Shown: positions 1-15,000, counted from the stretch's first letter. The stretch: 64,000 bases of DNA from Nitrospirales bacterium (GCA_965203295.1 CBDBCZ010000017.1:2432001-2496000); one strand, 5' to 3'. Notes: a model not told the origin generated them from the sequence alone. Numbers and translations: made by a program.

Positions 1-39
1 CAACATAGTAGTATACACGTATGTATGTATCTATGTCTG

Positions 40-250
40 TTACCAAGATGAGCAGCACTAATCCCTTCATCTTGAAGCCCTCTAACTTGGCTGGCCATGA
101 TGCTAGTGTGTGTGTGTGGTGATGGCTGATACGTATACCTATTTTCCATTATGAAAGGTGAAATTAAACAGGCTTTTACTCCCCCAATGGACTGGATGAT
201 TGGTGTATTGTTGCCCTTGATCATAGTGTTTATCCACCACTGGGCCAAAG
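40..250 (-). pseudogene. RecQ-like helicase relic (motif I/Ia region)
   Basis: Minus-strand translation with frameshifts: INTMIKGNNT.IIQSIG/GSKSLF ... TSIMASQVRGLQDEGISAAHLG. This resembles RecQ 'V.QPTG.GKSLCFQ...PTISLM.DQV..L...GI.A..LG'. A second copy lies at ~12060-12373. Confidence 0.45.
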
Positions 251-1585
251 TGCTTTACTAGTGATCCTAGTAGTTATGTATATGGACAATCTTCATTCTC
301 ACCTTACCTGCCACGCTAGAATTTTTTCATCTGAAAGCAAGGATCTCTCCTGGCAGGCTGCTGGTGAATCACAGCTACACTAAATTGACACAGTATCCAG
401 GACCATAGTCAGCTGATATGTGATACTTAGTCTACAATGAAAATGGCACTTCCCAAACAATTGAGTGCAACCTTGAAAATGGAATGTAGTGCATATGGGT
501 GCACTCATTCCCTGGTTCAACTCCGCTGTTTTTATTCACATACATGTAGTAAACAGCACCTTTTGGCATTCTGTAAGCCACAGCAGCTGGTGTGGCGGCC
601 AGGAACGAAGCTACGTAGGAATGTCCTTTTTTTAGTAGACAGTGTCAAAACAGTGCAGGTATTTCCTCTTATATTAAGAGGAGAAAAGAGTGTAGGGATA
701 CACAGTCAAGGAGTTACTTTTTAGAGAGTGTAATCTTCTTCTAAACCCCTTCCCAATTACCTGCCTGCAATAGCCAAATACTACATGTAATAGTAAGTCC
801 TGTGTACCATTCCCAGACCAGTAGTTCTTATATCTCGTGTGCCCAGACCTACTAATTATAATCACAAGTGCTACGGATACAAACCTGCTGTCTATGAGCC
901 TCATCCACATGTAGTTGTGATTAGCAATCTGCCACATTTGAATATATTTATTGCTGTATAATTAACCTATAGAAGAACTCAGTTTTAGAGTGACTGTTGT
1001 ATGCAATGCAGGAGATGTATCAAAAGCAATTAGAGGAAATGAAGATACAACTGGAGCATGAAAAGGACGTTTCTCTGGAGGAAGAAAAGAGAAATACAGC
1101 TACTGTGATGGAGGAGCTGGAACAAGTAAAACAGGTACAACACAGCTAGTAGTATGTGCAGACAAACACCGGCCTGCACTACTGCATATTAACCTGGAGT
1201 GCATGACCTCTCCCAATATCATTATACAAGGAAAGAACGTTCGTGAAGTAAGTAGTTTAGACTGTACATAGTTATATATGCAATTTTCCTAGCAGCTGTC
1301 TACTACTGCAGCTATTTATCCCAATATTTAGTGAAGATTAATACTTCATTTCACTTCCAGGATAAGGAAGAAATGGAATTGGAATGTGAGGAGAGGAAGG
1401 CTCTTCAACTGAAGCTGGTAAGCCACATCTACCTTTGAGTATATCACTTCTGTCTCAGTACTGACTGCAATCAGCACAACTGTGCGTGTTTCTCAACTTG
1501 TAGTGTGTATCATTCTTTACTTAAAAGGCTTCTTCATTAAGACTAGGTGGTTGGAGCTAGTAACTTTGAAATAGAATTAATGCTA

Positions 1586-2460
1586 ACTAGAGGTCTTCAA
1601 GAAGACATACCCCGCGCTGAATACTGAGACATAGGGCTAGCTGTGAATTACAGTCAATATTCCAATGGTTTTACAGTAGTGTCTGCACGTAGCTACGTTA
1701 TTATGCACTACTAATTCAGTGTCCAGAGTGTCTAGAACTACATGTACGTGTACTACAGCTTCTGTTATCTTGTTCACTATGTAATGTCAGTAATGACAGG
1801 ACTCTTCAACGACAATGAGCATATGTACATGCCGCAAGATACAGAGTGATAGACGCAAACAGTTACGTACTTGTAGAAGCTGTAGGCATATATCTATTCT
1901 CATTGATGGGTCGACACTTAATTACGTGTATATGATAATTATAATAATAGTGCGCATGCCCTTTGACCTGTCCCTAGTGGTACAGACATGCGGAAGTTGG
2001 CGAGAGTAACTGAAGTTTGAGGTTTATCACAAGCTGTATTGCTTTGGAGAGACACTCAAGATCTGGTGTATGATTTAACCTTCCGTCTCAGTCTATGAAA
2101 CTGGCCTCCGATAGTCACTTGGTCTTGTCACGAGACTAGTCCTCTAAACGATTGATTTCACAATAACACAATCACATATTTGGATCTGCCCAGCAAGCTG
2201 TAGGTGTGTCCCATTGCTGTATTAGCCAACACTGATAATCAGAAAAAATAAAAGCTACAGAAAATAGAATTACTTTGTGCTTTACCAGATGTATACAAGC
2301 TAAAGTATGATGAATTTATTAAGTTAATTCATGCTTTGAAATCATATACATGTAGCCTCTAAATCGCATATCATGAAGATATTTTAATATTTTTATGACA
2401 GACGGATGGACAAAACCAATTGCTTAACCCCCACTTGTGCATGTTTGGCGCAGGGTTTTA
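1586..2460 (-). mobile_element. Helentron-associated non-autonomous element (HINE/DINE-1-like)
   Basis: One end is ACTAGAGGTCTTCAAGAAGACATACCCCGCG (stem-loop plus subterminal IR). The other end is GACAGACGGA microsatellite followed by TTAACCCC...CAGGGT. Same ends as the copy at 47476-47979. Confidence 0.55.
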
Positions 2461-4162
2461 TTATTTCCATACATGACAGGGTATATAAGCTTGCACATTA
2501 TGCATCCTGGACTTACATTTATTTCAAAGCTGCGTAATAGACACCCACTCTGACTAAATGTGACATAATACGTAATATATCACCTGACAATACCATTTTT
2601 TTGTGCTACAGTGCACTTTTACGTGTACGTACTAAGGGCACTTATTAACCAACCAAGTGTTTCCACACAGGAGAATCTGGAGGAAAGTCTGAGAGAACTT
2701 GCAGTGAGCAAATCAGAAGCTCTTGACGTTGCTGAGATGCAAAAGATTACATTAAAAGAAAAATTGCTTGCGGAAATCGCTTGCTATGAGGTAAGCAGTG
2801 TACCGGTATCATGTATGTGTACTTGTAGAGTGAATAGAAAAGGTGTGCAATGTCCAATCTAACTGCACAATTTAACAACTGATTGGAAAACAGAGTTGTT
2901 GTTGGTGGCAGCTGTTTGTTGACACGGGTCAAAATCATGGACCGTATCTTTCCATTGGTAAAGTCATGTACATACATACTTTTTCATATTGTGGTCTGGA
3001 TGTTCTACATGTGCAGGAACAGTCTGACCAGTATGCAGTCACTATAGCTGCAATGGAAGAAAAGCTGCTGACCCTAATGAAGAAGTCCCAACTGTTAGAA
3101 AAGAAGAATGAGAGCCTGTAACAGCAAATGGCTTTGCATCAGCAAGAAGCCAGTTATTCAGAAAAGAGAGGCACTGCTACATGTACAGGTAATAATGAAT
3201 GTGTACACATCTATGGGTACCAATACAGACATTCATTGCAGTATGGATACTTGAATCTAACGCTCCATTTTGCGTTCATGATCATGGACCATTGATCCTT
3301 GCACACGTGTAGGTATGTTCATACAGCGCACTGCCCAGAGTTGTAACCATAGACAAACATTCTGTTTTCAACTTGGGTCATTTGTGATGCACGTACGCGT
3401 AGCTTGCTATGCATGTTTTAATTGAATGCGTGAAAAATCTCCCAGATACAACAATACATGTACATGTAATAAAGGCCTAACTAGTTCCACTACTTTAGCT
3501 AGGTAGCTCAGAGTGGGTTATGAGGTGACCATGGATCTGAGTCCAGATAACATGTACATGTACAGAGGGGAGTGGGGGTTTACAAGAAATTATTTCGAAA
3601 TTCTCTTGGGGCCATACTCGCCCGTATGAAAGCCTTGTGTGTGTGTGCGTGCGTGCGTGCGTGCGTGTGTGAAAAATCACAATTTTCGTTAAATAGAAGA
3701 AAATATAAGTTAAATATCACGGTTACACTTAAATACTTAGTCTAATATCACATTTTGCTATTCATACTTCATCAGTAGCAAACTCATCTACTCACGATCA
3801 ACTTGCAGCAGTGCATGCTATTATGTAGATGTGTGGTATATTGTCAAATCAGTGTGATCATAGATAGTGACGCCTTCAACTGACGTGATCTTCATTAGCT
3901 CCCAGCATTAAAAAGCCAAACTTGTCAACATGAAATACAATTTTATCTACACATCATCAGCTTAATCGCAACAGTTTATTTTGCTTGTAAAACTGTGTTT
4001 GAAGTGTTCCTGTGAAAAAGCATCCCTGTTTTTAGTGTTTCCTGGATGGGTATCAGTGATGGGGCCAGAGTGTGGGTGGGGCTTTAACAGATGAAGATAT
4101 TTTGCATTCTAGCTACAAATGTTAAATTTATGCATTATTAAGCAGAGGGCATGGTGTAAATT

Positions 4163-5147
4163 TGTTCCGCGCAATCTAGGAATTTGCGTAATCTCGAGAT
4201 TGTGTTGCGCACTCTCAGAATCCTGAAATAATTGCTTTCCAAGCTACTCAAGATTTAGAATGGACACATATATACTCCTAGTGCATGCTTGTGCAGTTCA
4301 TGCAATTTCCAGTTGGGTTAGACTACTGTGGTTCTCTTTAATTGATGATGTGGGGATATCAACTTTGGCTACCACATTTGGGTTTTGATGGCTCCAGATT
4401 GCATGCAAATTAACATTTCTGGGGGAGTATACGTATGGCTGAGACTGCCAATGCATGCATGCATCGATCGTTGCCCCGACCCCACAACAGCACAGCCACC
4501 CCCTACAAAGAACACGTAATCCTGGGGTGTAGTACTGACCTTCATCTGTGAGCACTGTACATATACATGCACCTAGAGGAGCCCATGCTTATGAACAGCT
4601 CTGGTATGTGTACCTGAGAAAGTATAGCGGCCTGACAAAACTATTGGTGTGGCGTATGTGTATGAATGACTCTATATAAGTCGAAGAGACAAACAATTTG
4701 GAACAGGTTCTCACATTATCACACTAACTAAATCCCTACTGTTGGGTTTAGCAATCACTTCTTCTTGTAAATGGGACTGCTGGACAGACAGACGGACGCA
4801 GACAGACAGATAGACGGACAGACCCAATTGCTTAACCCTGTCACACGCATGTGGGGTAATGACCCTTCTCCACCCAGTTAAGCTGTATTGATCACAAAAT
4901 GCTGCATCACGTGAGGTTATTGCACTGCTTTCGATTGAGTATAAAGCAGCTACATGTAGTTGAACATCTTCTAAAAACACCAACTACATGTACATTGAAT
5001 ATGCCTGTATGTCTTTGATGAGTATTTCCTTCACTAAGTACTCAGGTAAGTACTGAGTGACTGATTTTTCTTTCCAAACTGAATATCCATTCCTACTTTG
5101 TGCAGCGCAATCCTAAGTTTGCGCAACTTCCTGGTTTGCGCGGAACA
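4163..5147. mobile_element. Non-autonomous TIR element with TGTTCCGCGC ends and an internal HINE end (~4700-4860)
   Basis: TGTTCCGCGCAATCTAGGAATTTGCG at 4163 and GCGCAACTTCCTGGTTTGCGCGGAACA ending at 5147. A short relative lies at 45950-46074. Confidence 0.6.
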
Positions 5148-7774
5148 TATATATTATACAAATGCTTGCTGAGATGCGTTACAGGATTAGTTTCCTCGCG
5201 CTAAGGCGCTCGGCAATAATAACTATGCCATACTCCATCCAAATCTGCTGGAAGATGTAGCTGGGGGGAGGGGGGGTCAATTTTCCAATGGTCCTGGGAC
5301 CATTTCTTCCAGGACCAAGATGCCAGACACATCTGGATTTTGTTGGAACTATATTATATAGGAAACCAGTTAGCCGCTATAAATTTCTTACTACATGTAT
5401 TATATATTTCAGAGGGGGATCAGTGTGCAACTTGCTGTGTGGGTATAGATTTCTCTAACGTACAGCTTTACTTGTTAAGCTTCAGCCATACCATAGCCAA
5501 CTCTTGTATCATGAGTTGCCTCCTTTCAAACAATTCACAGCAGACAAGTACAAGCTAGCTGTATAAATATGATTCTGCTATTGCAGGTCAATGTAACTTT
5601 ATTGATGTTTTTCAACTACCATGACCACAGATGGAGATAAGGTGCCTCACAGCAGCAGTGCTTCATCCTTCAGCTCCATGCAGAAGCAGTATCCCTACGA
5701 CACAGGTGTCAATTTTTTAAAAAGTACAGTTTTGTTCAATATGCATGTATGCACAGTGTGTATTACATGTACGCACAGTGTGTATTACATGTACATCGCA
5801 AACTCTTCAGCTTTCAGCTGAGCTACTTGCTATGTACGTGTACAGGTAGATGTAGCTGTAGACATGTCCATGTACATGTCAATTCTATACTGGAGGATGA
5901 ATTAATTGCGAGAGTTTGTCACAGGAACGTGTATGTAGTGTGTAAACACTGTGCAAGTCAGACCACATGTAAAGATATGGACAGGATCTCCAAATTGTGT
6001 GCAACTGCTAGCAACATTACAATATTGCCAGAGTAGTGACTCTTGAGTGGTCAGCTAGCATGGAGTGATAAGTGTGGCTAGGCCTTAGTGTGAGATCATT
6101 ATGGAGTATGTTGCAGAGCAGACCTGCACATCTGAACACTTTATTAGACCCCATCAGTTATCACTGTCTTTGGCTTTACTTTACTTTAGCTGTCTATAAC
6201 ACGACTACTGCTAACACATACCAGTGACTATCACCTTTTAACAAAATCCATAGTCACAGTCTGTTACGCATGCATACGTATTGGCAACTGCCGTCAGCCA
6301 GTGATATGTATTTTTTAGATCCAGTTGCTAGCATGCAGAGAAGCAGCCTCAAGCAACGTATTTCCTTCTTCTTTTTCGTTTAGCCCATTTCAATACAACT
6401 GTATCAGATCCCAGTTCTCCACACCAAGGAAGGAATAGGCACGGTAGGTTCGATTTGTTGGAATGTAAGTCTGCACTATTGGTTTCATTTGAGTCGGACA
6501 TTCAATACCATTATTCTAGATCTGTGGTACATAAATTATTGGAAAGCAGAGCAGAAATATTGTAGAGACTGTGTATAGCTCTGAACTAACCCTGTCAAGG
6601 CTACATGGGCATCATGCATATGACACACACACACACATTTTTCATCTTTAGCTTGTAATAGACTTTACTAGTTTGGGTTACTCTCTGCTGCAGACTAATC
6701 GTTTCATGTTTCACTGTTCATGTTACATGTAGTTGTGGTGCTTTCACAGTTAGTTTCAAAGTAATGTATACAATGTTTTGCATACGTAGCTATGTTTCTA
6801 TGGAGGAGCACCTGGAATCATGTGAAAATCTTTTGCAAGAAATGATATCTGGTGTAGAAATGCTGAAGAAACAGGTCTGTATCACTTCAGACTGCCAGTA
6901 TAAACCTGTATGTATGTAAGTACCTACGTACATGTATGTATGTTAATTACACATTTGGTCAACAGCATGGGCAGGTGCATGTTGAAGCTTACTTGCATAC
7001 AAAGCATGTGGCATACTACGTTCTACTGTAGACCACACGTTTATCCAGAAAGGAGCGTCTGTGTCTACAGTACCATTCATACACTGCTATACATGCAGTA
7101 TGTTAGAGCAAGTATGACTGTCTCATATTATGTCTACACTGCTGTACATGCAGCATGTATGACTATCACGTGATGTGGCTCAGCTTTAATGTGAAACGTA
7201 CTACGTAACATGCTTCCTTGGCAGTATTCTATTACCATAAGAGTGTATGGAACTTGTGAAATGTTATCTTTAACAGCTAGCTGACACTGAGAGCCAACTG
7301 CAGTCTGCTACTTGCCGTAGCTCTCACTCCGGAAAGAGCTGATGGGCAAAGATGCCACTGTGACTTCACTGACTCAGGAAAACCGGAGATTACAGGAGGA
7401 GAGCAAACTTTCTTCAAGGCGCTCCTCTCAACTGAAACAAGAGTGTAGAGAAAGACGTACATCTTATTAATGCTTCCCTTCAAAAGCAGGTCAACATCAT
7501 GTGCACTGTATACATATGTGTGTCATGTACATAACATTGGGTATGGTGATTCTGTGCACATACAGCTCTTGTATGCATGTACGTCTATGTTTGGACTAGG
7601 GCAATGTACATGTTCACACCTTCCGGATTTTAAAGGTATTGTTAACTTGAAGGCCTGGTACTCGGGCAATAACCCGGGACTATTTATTTGAATTATAAGT
7701 GCCCAGTTACGCTTACCAGAAGATTGTGTTAGCAGTAAAGAAGCTACTTTACTGTATCATACCTCCTAAAACCA

Positions 7775-7857
7775 GAGCCCAGCTGGGAGTTGAACCCAAG
7801 ACCTTCTGATTGTTAGTCGATAGGCAAGTTTTATACGTTGCTACTAAACCCACTAGA
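7775..7857 (-). mobile_element. tRNA-derived (SINE-head-like) relic
   Basis: The minus strand has a B-box-like GGTTCAACTCCCAGC preceded by AATCAGAAGGTCTTG. No intact cloverleaf. Confidence 0.35.
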
Positions 7858-10800
7858 AGCACTCTCCAATATGACCTGCCAATTCTAACTGTAATTACTC
7901 TCTTAAGATAGTATCATGCAGCACCCATGTATGTGTTGCTGTTCTCTTCTGTTATTATGTTTCATGTTGCATACATACAACAGGTGAAAAGTTGACAGAA
8001 CTAAATAATGATCTTCAAAGGTAAATGTGTAGAAAGTAACTGTCAATTATTGGAGTATGGAGAAACAGGATGTTCAAATCATATGTAGTATTCTGAATCA
8101 CTACGATGCACACTTAGTAATACATTTAATATGCTTTCAACACTTGATATGCTGTGATTCACTCTCACTTGCTGTCAGTGAGTATGTCTTGAGCTTGTAA
8201 AGTACAGTAGAACAGTAATGCAATTTCACCGGTTTCCAAAGCTATACTTCCAGCTGCTGCGGTGCATATGTATATGTGTGGGTGTCCAAACTTACGTAAC
8301 AATAGATGTTAGATTTATGCACCGTGCACTGTCTTCTTTGCTACTGTACATGACTGTGTATTAATACATATTTGTAATATGATTTTGCGAATGATATTCA
8401 GCTTCCTGTTCTTTAGAGATTAAAACAAAGCCAAGCTAATGAAGAGAAGCTCAGCGGTAAAACTTACCAAGAAGATAAAAGACGACGCTACTGCTAAACA
8501 GGTAAGTAGTATTAAATTGAAACCACATGGCTGTTTTGTAGGTTTATCGTTCATGTATGTAACACTGTCAAGCTCTCATCTTCTCATTAGGTTGACAGCT
8601 TAAATCACAAGATTTTTTAGAAGACCAAGTTTCTGAAGCAAAAGAGAGAGAGAGTAACCGTACTTGCTAATGCGAAACATAAGGTACACATGCGAAAATC
8701 CTTTTGTAAAATACTCTAATGTACTAGGCCGGGTTACGTATATCATATAACATTGATCGGTCGTTGGATAGTATGAATATGTACTCACCAACTGCTTTCA
8801 GGCTATGTTTGTCCATTACGAGGTGAGAAACATGTTGACCTCCAGTGATAATAGAATGAAGAAATATACTCTATGACAGCTTTTCAATCTCATGAATCAC
8901 TACTGAGAGCCACAGTCATGCCCATTGCTACATGGTGTGAGATTATATCGCAGGCTGGCTGCTTGAGAATAACTTGTTTATGCTATGCATATGTCATTGT
9001 GTATGGGTGCCGGTGTTATGTATACCCCTGTCGCGTGTGTATGCCTCTTGTGCATACAGATGTCCACTTTATGTGAGCAGCTGTTTACCCTAGCCTCCAA
9101 CGGGCTGTCTCAGAGCACTGACATCAGCCCTGAAGCAGCTACTAGTGCTGTGACAACACTGGTGGAGGAGAACACACATCTGAAAGAGGACATTGAAAGA
9201 GTGACTCAACAACTACAGCAGGTTAGACTCTTGCCACATAGAGTTGTGTGTTTCTTGATGCTACTCCAGTAATCTACATTTCCATACACCATGTACGCAG
9301 AAAAACAGTGTACATATTTATTGTATACATATATACCTACATCATTCATTCATTTCTGGAGCACTGTGTTCTGCAAAAAATCAGTAACACACTGTATAAG
9401 TGTATAAGTATGGCAAAGAAGCAGAGGTGCAGGTGTATACGCAGGAAATATGGTTAAGAATCATTGCTGTTGTTGCTGGTGGTAATAGAAAATCTCTCTG
9501 CATAAACAAACTGATTCATGCATCATCGAACACACTTTGGGAAGTAAAGGTTCCATAGCCTGCAGCATATATATTGAGATCTACGACTGAAATATTCCTT
9601 AATCTTTAGTATAATATACACTCCAGGCCCTATGTTATGGCAGTACTATAATTATAGTAACTACGTATACAGGCACGTATGTATTTTAGTTACTGCGTAT
9701 ATGTACATATACGTTTAATGTGTTTATTGCCACTTCCTGTATTTCATACAGCTGCAAGACAGTCATTCTGCTGTGTGTTCTGGAGTTCATAGTGTTGCTG
9801 AGTGCTTTCTGGGAATGAAGGTGATGCACTTCATTGTAGTAGTAACTTGCATGTAAAAAGTTTTTAATAATATATGGTTGAACAGGAAGATCTGGCTCTT
9901 TGCTGGCCAAGGGCACATTTATGAACCCAGAAAAAGTGTGAACTTTTTCTGATTCTATATTAGTACCCAAAAATCCATATGGATTCACATTGAACTATAT
10001 TGGAGAAAACCTTGCCTGGTTAAGAGCCGGCTAGCTAGCTTGTAAAGTAATGAAAAGTGTGTGAATGGTGAGATTTCTATGTGATAGATACGTTTCTACC
10101 ATACACATATTCAGTTTGTTTAAAGCAGGAACCTAATAAAATGCCTATAATTTTATAGTGGTTTCATGGTATAAACAGTTTATTTTACTGCTTCTAATTC
10201 TCTACCTTGAACATACGTACATATTTCCATAGAGTATACATGTATGAGCATACATATGCCCACTGCTATTCACAGCCTACGTAATCGAAAATTACTGCCC
10301 TACAATTTTTTTAAAGCCAATATTGTTAAACTATGTACTGTCAAGATGACATTTTTCTATAGGCATTCTTATTGTTACAAGTATCATATGTGCTCTCATC
10401 TAAAGACCACATGCACCGTAACATACCCCACAATTAACCCCACAATAAACTGACAATTGGGGTTTGGCAACGTACTGGAGATGGGTTTGGCTCTGCTATT
10501 GACTGAAGGTTAGAATCGTAAATTCCACCAGTTTTAAACAAATTTTGAATGACACATGAAATTTTTCATGTTTTCATGTATCAAACGAAAAGAACAGCTG
10601 GATACTAAATGTATTGTTCCCATGCCAAAATACACATACACACATACACGAGCTACATATATATGTAACTGAGGTTCCATGCTGCAACACAACATGAGAG
10701 TACGTAGGTGCTACATACTACATGTAGCCTCGTTCCTAGGCTCTACTTCCCAGCTTTTTTGTTTGCGCACGTAATAATTATTTTACTATGTGCGAAAAAA

Positions 10801-11499
10801 AAAACTGGGAAATAAGTAGATATGGTTGTCGAGAATGCATCAAAAGTGCAGAAACTGGAATGAATACGCCTATATTATACCCATAGTAATCCTGGTCATG
10901 CTGGTCACAACAGTTGTGAATATGTAAGTATACTTCTACAGGTTGTCTCGTATTGAAATAGAGCACAGTGAAGCCCTCTCTGGGGCTGTGGCTGCAATGA
11001 AACAGGATGAAGAGCAGAGGCTACTAAAGGTTGTAGAGACGACTAAACAGGAGGAGCAAGTAAGTGACATACAATCATTGTAATATGAGCATATCTCAGA
11101 CTGGATATTGCATACTGAGTCATGTACAATGCAAGCAGAACGTTAATAGACGGATGCTCAGATTTGGTGTGTACGTACATGTAGATTAAATGTGTGTGGC
11201 TTGCAGAACAAAAATTAATAACCAATATTAGGGAATTTTTCGGCCTTTTACAAGTCTGATTCAGAATAAGCATATCTTCTTTAGCCTAATTGTGTTTCCG
11301 AGAGTTTCTTGTACCCATGCAAGTGTTACTAGTGTTGTCCCAGTAGATCAAAGGCATTAGTGTGCTGGACAAAAGTGTTGTCACTGTTACATGTACATGC
11401 AAACATTCTCAAAACTGTCTACCCAAACCTTAACTCAAAGCCGCTTTCCTAATGTCGAGAATAGCAGTTTGGAATCTACGTATTTAGCTAGTAGCATCT

Positions 11500-11567
11500 T
11501 AGTCTATCGAGCTAGACCCTCCTCTATGCTTAGCTAAGCGCAGAGGAGGGTCTAGCTCGATAGACTA
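11500..11567. mobile_element. 68-bp hairpin MITE with 9-bp TSD
   Basis: TAGTCTATCGAGCTAGACCCTCCTCT...AGAGGAGGGTCTAGCTCGATAGACTA, flanked by GTAGCATCT at 11491-11499 and 11568-11576. Confidence 0.85.
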
Positions 11568-12051
11568 GTAGCATCTAAAAAGATACTTGGCTGCTCTTCT
11601 AAAACGTGTAATGAAGCAGTAAGGGAATATGGGGTTTAAGTTGAGGTCTGGTACAAATGGTCTGAATGAAGAGTTAGGAAGATAAAAATGATGATAGGCT
11701 GTGTTGGTTATGTGGGAAAGAATGTGAGAGTGTAGTTCACGTGCTCCGACCGGCAATTCACAAGGACTGGGCACTCAATAGATTGAGGTTTTTTTGGTTG
11801 AGTGGCTAGCAAGCCCTCTGTGATGGTATCAATAACGTCTGATCAAGTGGCTGGTAAAGTTGTGTCGACATGTTAATATCTACTTGTCTTTTATGGATTG
11901 TATAGAATGTTCACTTATGTTACAAAGATAATTTAATTCTATAACTAATGTAAGAAGAAAACTGGGAGAATAATACGGAGAATAGCAATAATCTCAAGCC
12001 TGTTAGGCATTCCTTTTCTCATCAGGATATTCTCGGGATCATGAACAGCCC

Positions 12052-15000
12052 CAACATACACGTATGTATGTATCTATGTCTGTTACCAAGATGAGCAGCA
12101 CTAATCCCTTCATCTTGAAGCCCTCTAACTTGGTTGGCCATGATGCTAGTGTGTGTGTGGTATACGTATCAGCCATCACCACACACACACACTAGCATCA
12201 TGGCCAACCAAGTTAGAGGGCTTCAAGATGAAGGGATTAGTGCTGCTCATCTTGGTAAAAGTCATAGATACATACATACGTGTATGTTGAAAACAGGCTT
12301 TTACTCCCCCAATGGACTGGATGATCGGTGTGTTGTTGCCCTTGATCATAGTGTTTATCCACCACTGGGCCAAAGTGCTTTACTAGTGATCCTAGTAGTT
12401 TATGTATATGGACAATCTTCATTCTCACCTTACCTGCCACGCTAGAATTTTTCCATCTGAAAGCAAGGATCTCTCCTGGCAGGCTGCTGGTGAATCACAG
12501 CTACACTAAATTGACACAGTATCCAGGACCATAGTCAGCTGATATGTGATACTTAGTCTACAATGAAAATGGCACTTCCCAAACAATTGAGTGCAACCTT
12601 GAGAATGGAATGTAATGCATATGGGTGCACTCATTCCCTGGTTCAACTCCGCTGTTTTTATTTACATACATGTAGTAAAACAGCACCTTTTGGCATTCTG
12701 TAAGCCACAGCAGCTGGGGTGGAGGCCAGGAACGAAGCTACGTACGTAGGAATGTCCTATTTTTTAGCCGACAGTGTCAAAACAGTGCAGGTATTTCCTC
12801 TTATATTAAAGGGAGAAAAGAGTGTAGGGATACACAGTCAAGGTGTTACTTTTTAGAGAGTGTAATCTTCTTCTAAACCCCTTCCCAATTACCTGCCTGC
12901 AATAGCCAAATACTACATGTAATAGTAAGTCCTGTGTACCATTCCCAGACCAGTAGTTCTTATATCTCGTGTGCCCAGACCTACTAATTATAATCACAAG
13001 TGCTACGGATACAAACCTGCTGTCTATGAGCTTCATCCACATGTAGTTGTGATTAGCAATCTGCCACATTTGAATATATTTATTGCTGTATAATTAACCT
13101 ATAGAAGAACTCAGTTTTAGAGTGACTGTTGTATGCAATGCAGCAGATGTATCAAAAGCAATTAGAGGAAATGAAGATACAACTGGAGCATGAAAAGGAC
13201 GTTTCTCTGGAGGAAGAAAAGAGAAATACAGCTACTGTGATGGAGGAGCTGGAACAAGTAAAACAGGTACAACACAGCTCGTAGTATGTGCAGACAAACA
13301 CCGGCCTGCACTACTGCATATTAACCTGGAGTGCATGACCTCTCCCAATATCATTATACAAGGCAAGAACGTTTGTGAAGTAAGTAGTTTAGACTGTACA
13401 TAGTTATGTATGCAATTTTCCTAGTAGCTGTCTACTACTGCAGCTATTTATCCCAATATTTAGTGAAGATTAATACTGCATTTCACTTCCAGGATAAGGA
13501 AGAAATGGAATTGGAATGTGAGGAGGAAGGTTCTTTAACTGAAGCTGGTAAGCCACATCTACCTTTAAGTATATCATTTCTGTCTCAGTACTGACTGCAA
13601 TCAGCACAACTGTGCGTGTTTCTCAACTTGTAGTGTGTAACATTCTTTACTTAAAAGGCTTCTTCATTAAGACTAGGTGTTTGGAGCTAGTAACTTTGAA
13701 ATAGAATTAATGCTAACTAGAGGTCTTCAAGAAGACATACCCCGCGCTGAATACTGAGACATAGGGCTTTCAGCTGAGCTACTTGCTATGTACGTATACA
13801 AGTAGATGTAGCAGTAGACATGTCCATGTACATGTCAATTCTATACTGGAGGATGAATTAATTGCGAGAGTTAGTCACAGGAACGTGTATGTAGTGTGTA
13901 AACACTGTGCAAGTCAGACCACCCGTAAAGATATGGACAGGATCTCCAAATTGTGTGCAACTGCTAGCAACATTACAATATTGCCAGAGTAGTGACTCTT
14001 GAGTGGTCAGCTAGCATAGAGTGATAAGTGTGGCTAGGCCTTAGTGTGAGATCATTATGGAGTATGTTGCAGAGCAGACCTGCACATCTGAACACTTTAT
14101 TAGACCCCATCAGTTATCACTGTTTTTGGCTTTACTTTAGCCGTCTATAACACGACTACTGCTAACATATACCAGTGACTATCACCTTTTAACAAAATCC
14201 TTAGTCACAGTCTGTTACGCATGCATACGTATTGGCAACTGCCGTCAGCCAGTGATATGTATTTTTTAGATGCAGTTGCTAGCAGAGAAGCAGTCTCAAA
14301 CAACGTATTTCCTTCTTTTTCGTTTAGCCCATTTCAATACAACTGTATCAGATCCCAGTTCTCCACACCAAGGAAGGAATAGGCACGGTAGGTTCAATTT
14401 GTTGGAATGTAAGGGTGCACTATTGGTTTCATTTGAGTCGGACATTCAATGCCATTATTCTAGATCTGTGGTACATAAATTATTGGAAAGCAGAGCAGAA
14501 ATATTGTAGAGACTGCGTATAGCTCTGAACTAACCCTGTCAAGGCTGCATGGGCATCCTGCATATGAAACACACACACACATTTTTCATCTTTAGCTTGT
14601 AATAGACTTTACTAGTTTGTTACTCTCTGCTGCAGACTAATCGTTTCATGTTTACTGTTCATATTACATGTAGTTGTGGTGCTTTCACAGTTAGTTTCAA
14701 AGTAATGTATACAATGTTTTGCATACGTAGCTATGTTTCTATGGAGGAGCACCTGGAATCATGTGAAAATCTTTTGCAAGAAATGATATCTGGTGTAGAA
14801 ATGCTGAAGAAACAGGTCTGCATCACTTCAGACTGCCATTATAAGCCTGTATGTACGTACGTACTTACGTACATGTATGTTAATTACACATTTGGTCAAC
14901 AGCATGGGCCGGTGCATGTTGAAACTTACTTGCATACAAAGCATGTGGCATACTACGTTCTACTGTAGACCACACGTTTATCCAGAAAGGAGCGTCTGTG

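Larger units (their letters stand above)
1012..11058 (+). pseudogene. Degenerate multi-exon coiled-coil protein gene (identity unknown)
   Basis: AG/GT-bounded exons with E/K/Q/L-rich heptad-like translation at about 1012-1134 (EMYQKQLEEMKIQLEHEKD...), 1360-1416, 2671-2790, 3017-3188 (in-frame TAA), 6791-6873, 7276-7489 (frameshift, stop), 8417-8501, 9081-9220 and 10963-11058. Confidence 0.6.

Noticed and set aside
437..937. Short ORFs conserved between the duplicates (e.g. 674-937 and 12806-13069)
   Set aside because: The conservation reflects recent duplication of intronic DNA. The composition is not protein-like.
7775..7857. Functional tRNA gene
   Set aside because: Only the T-arm/B-box is recognisable; no acceptor, D or anticodon stem pairing.
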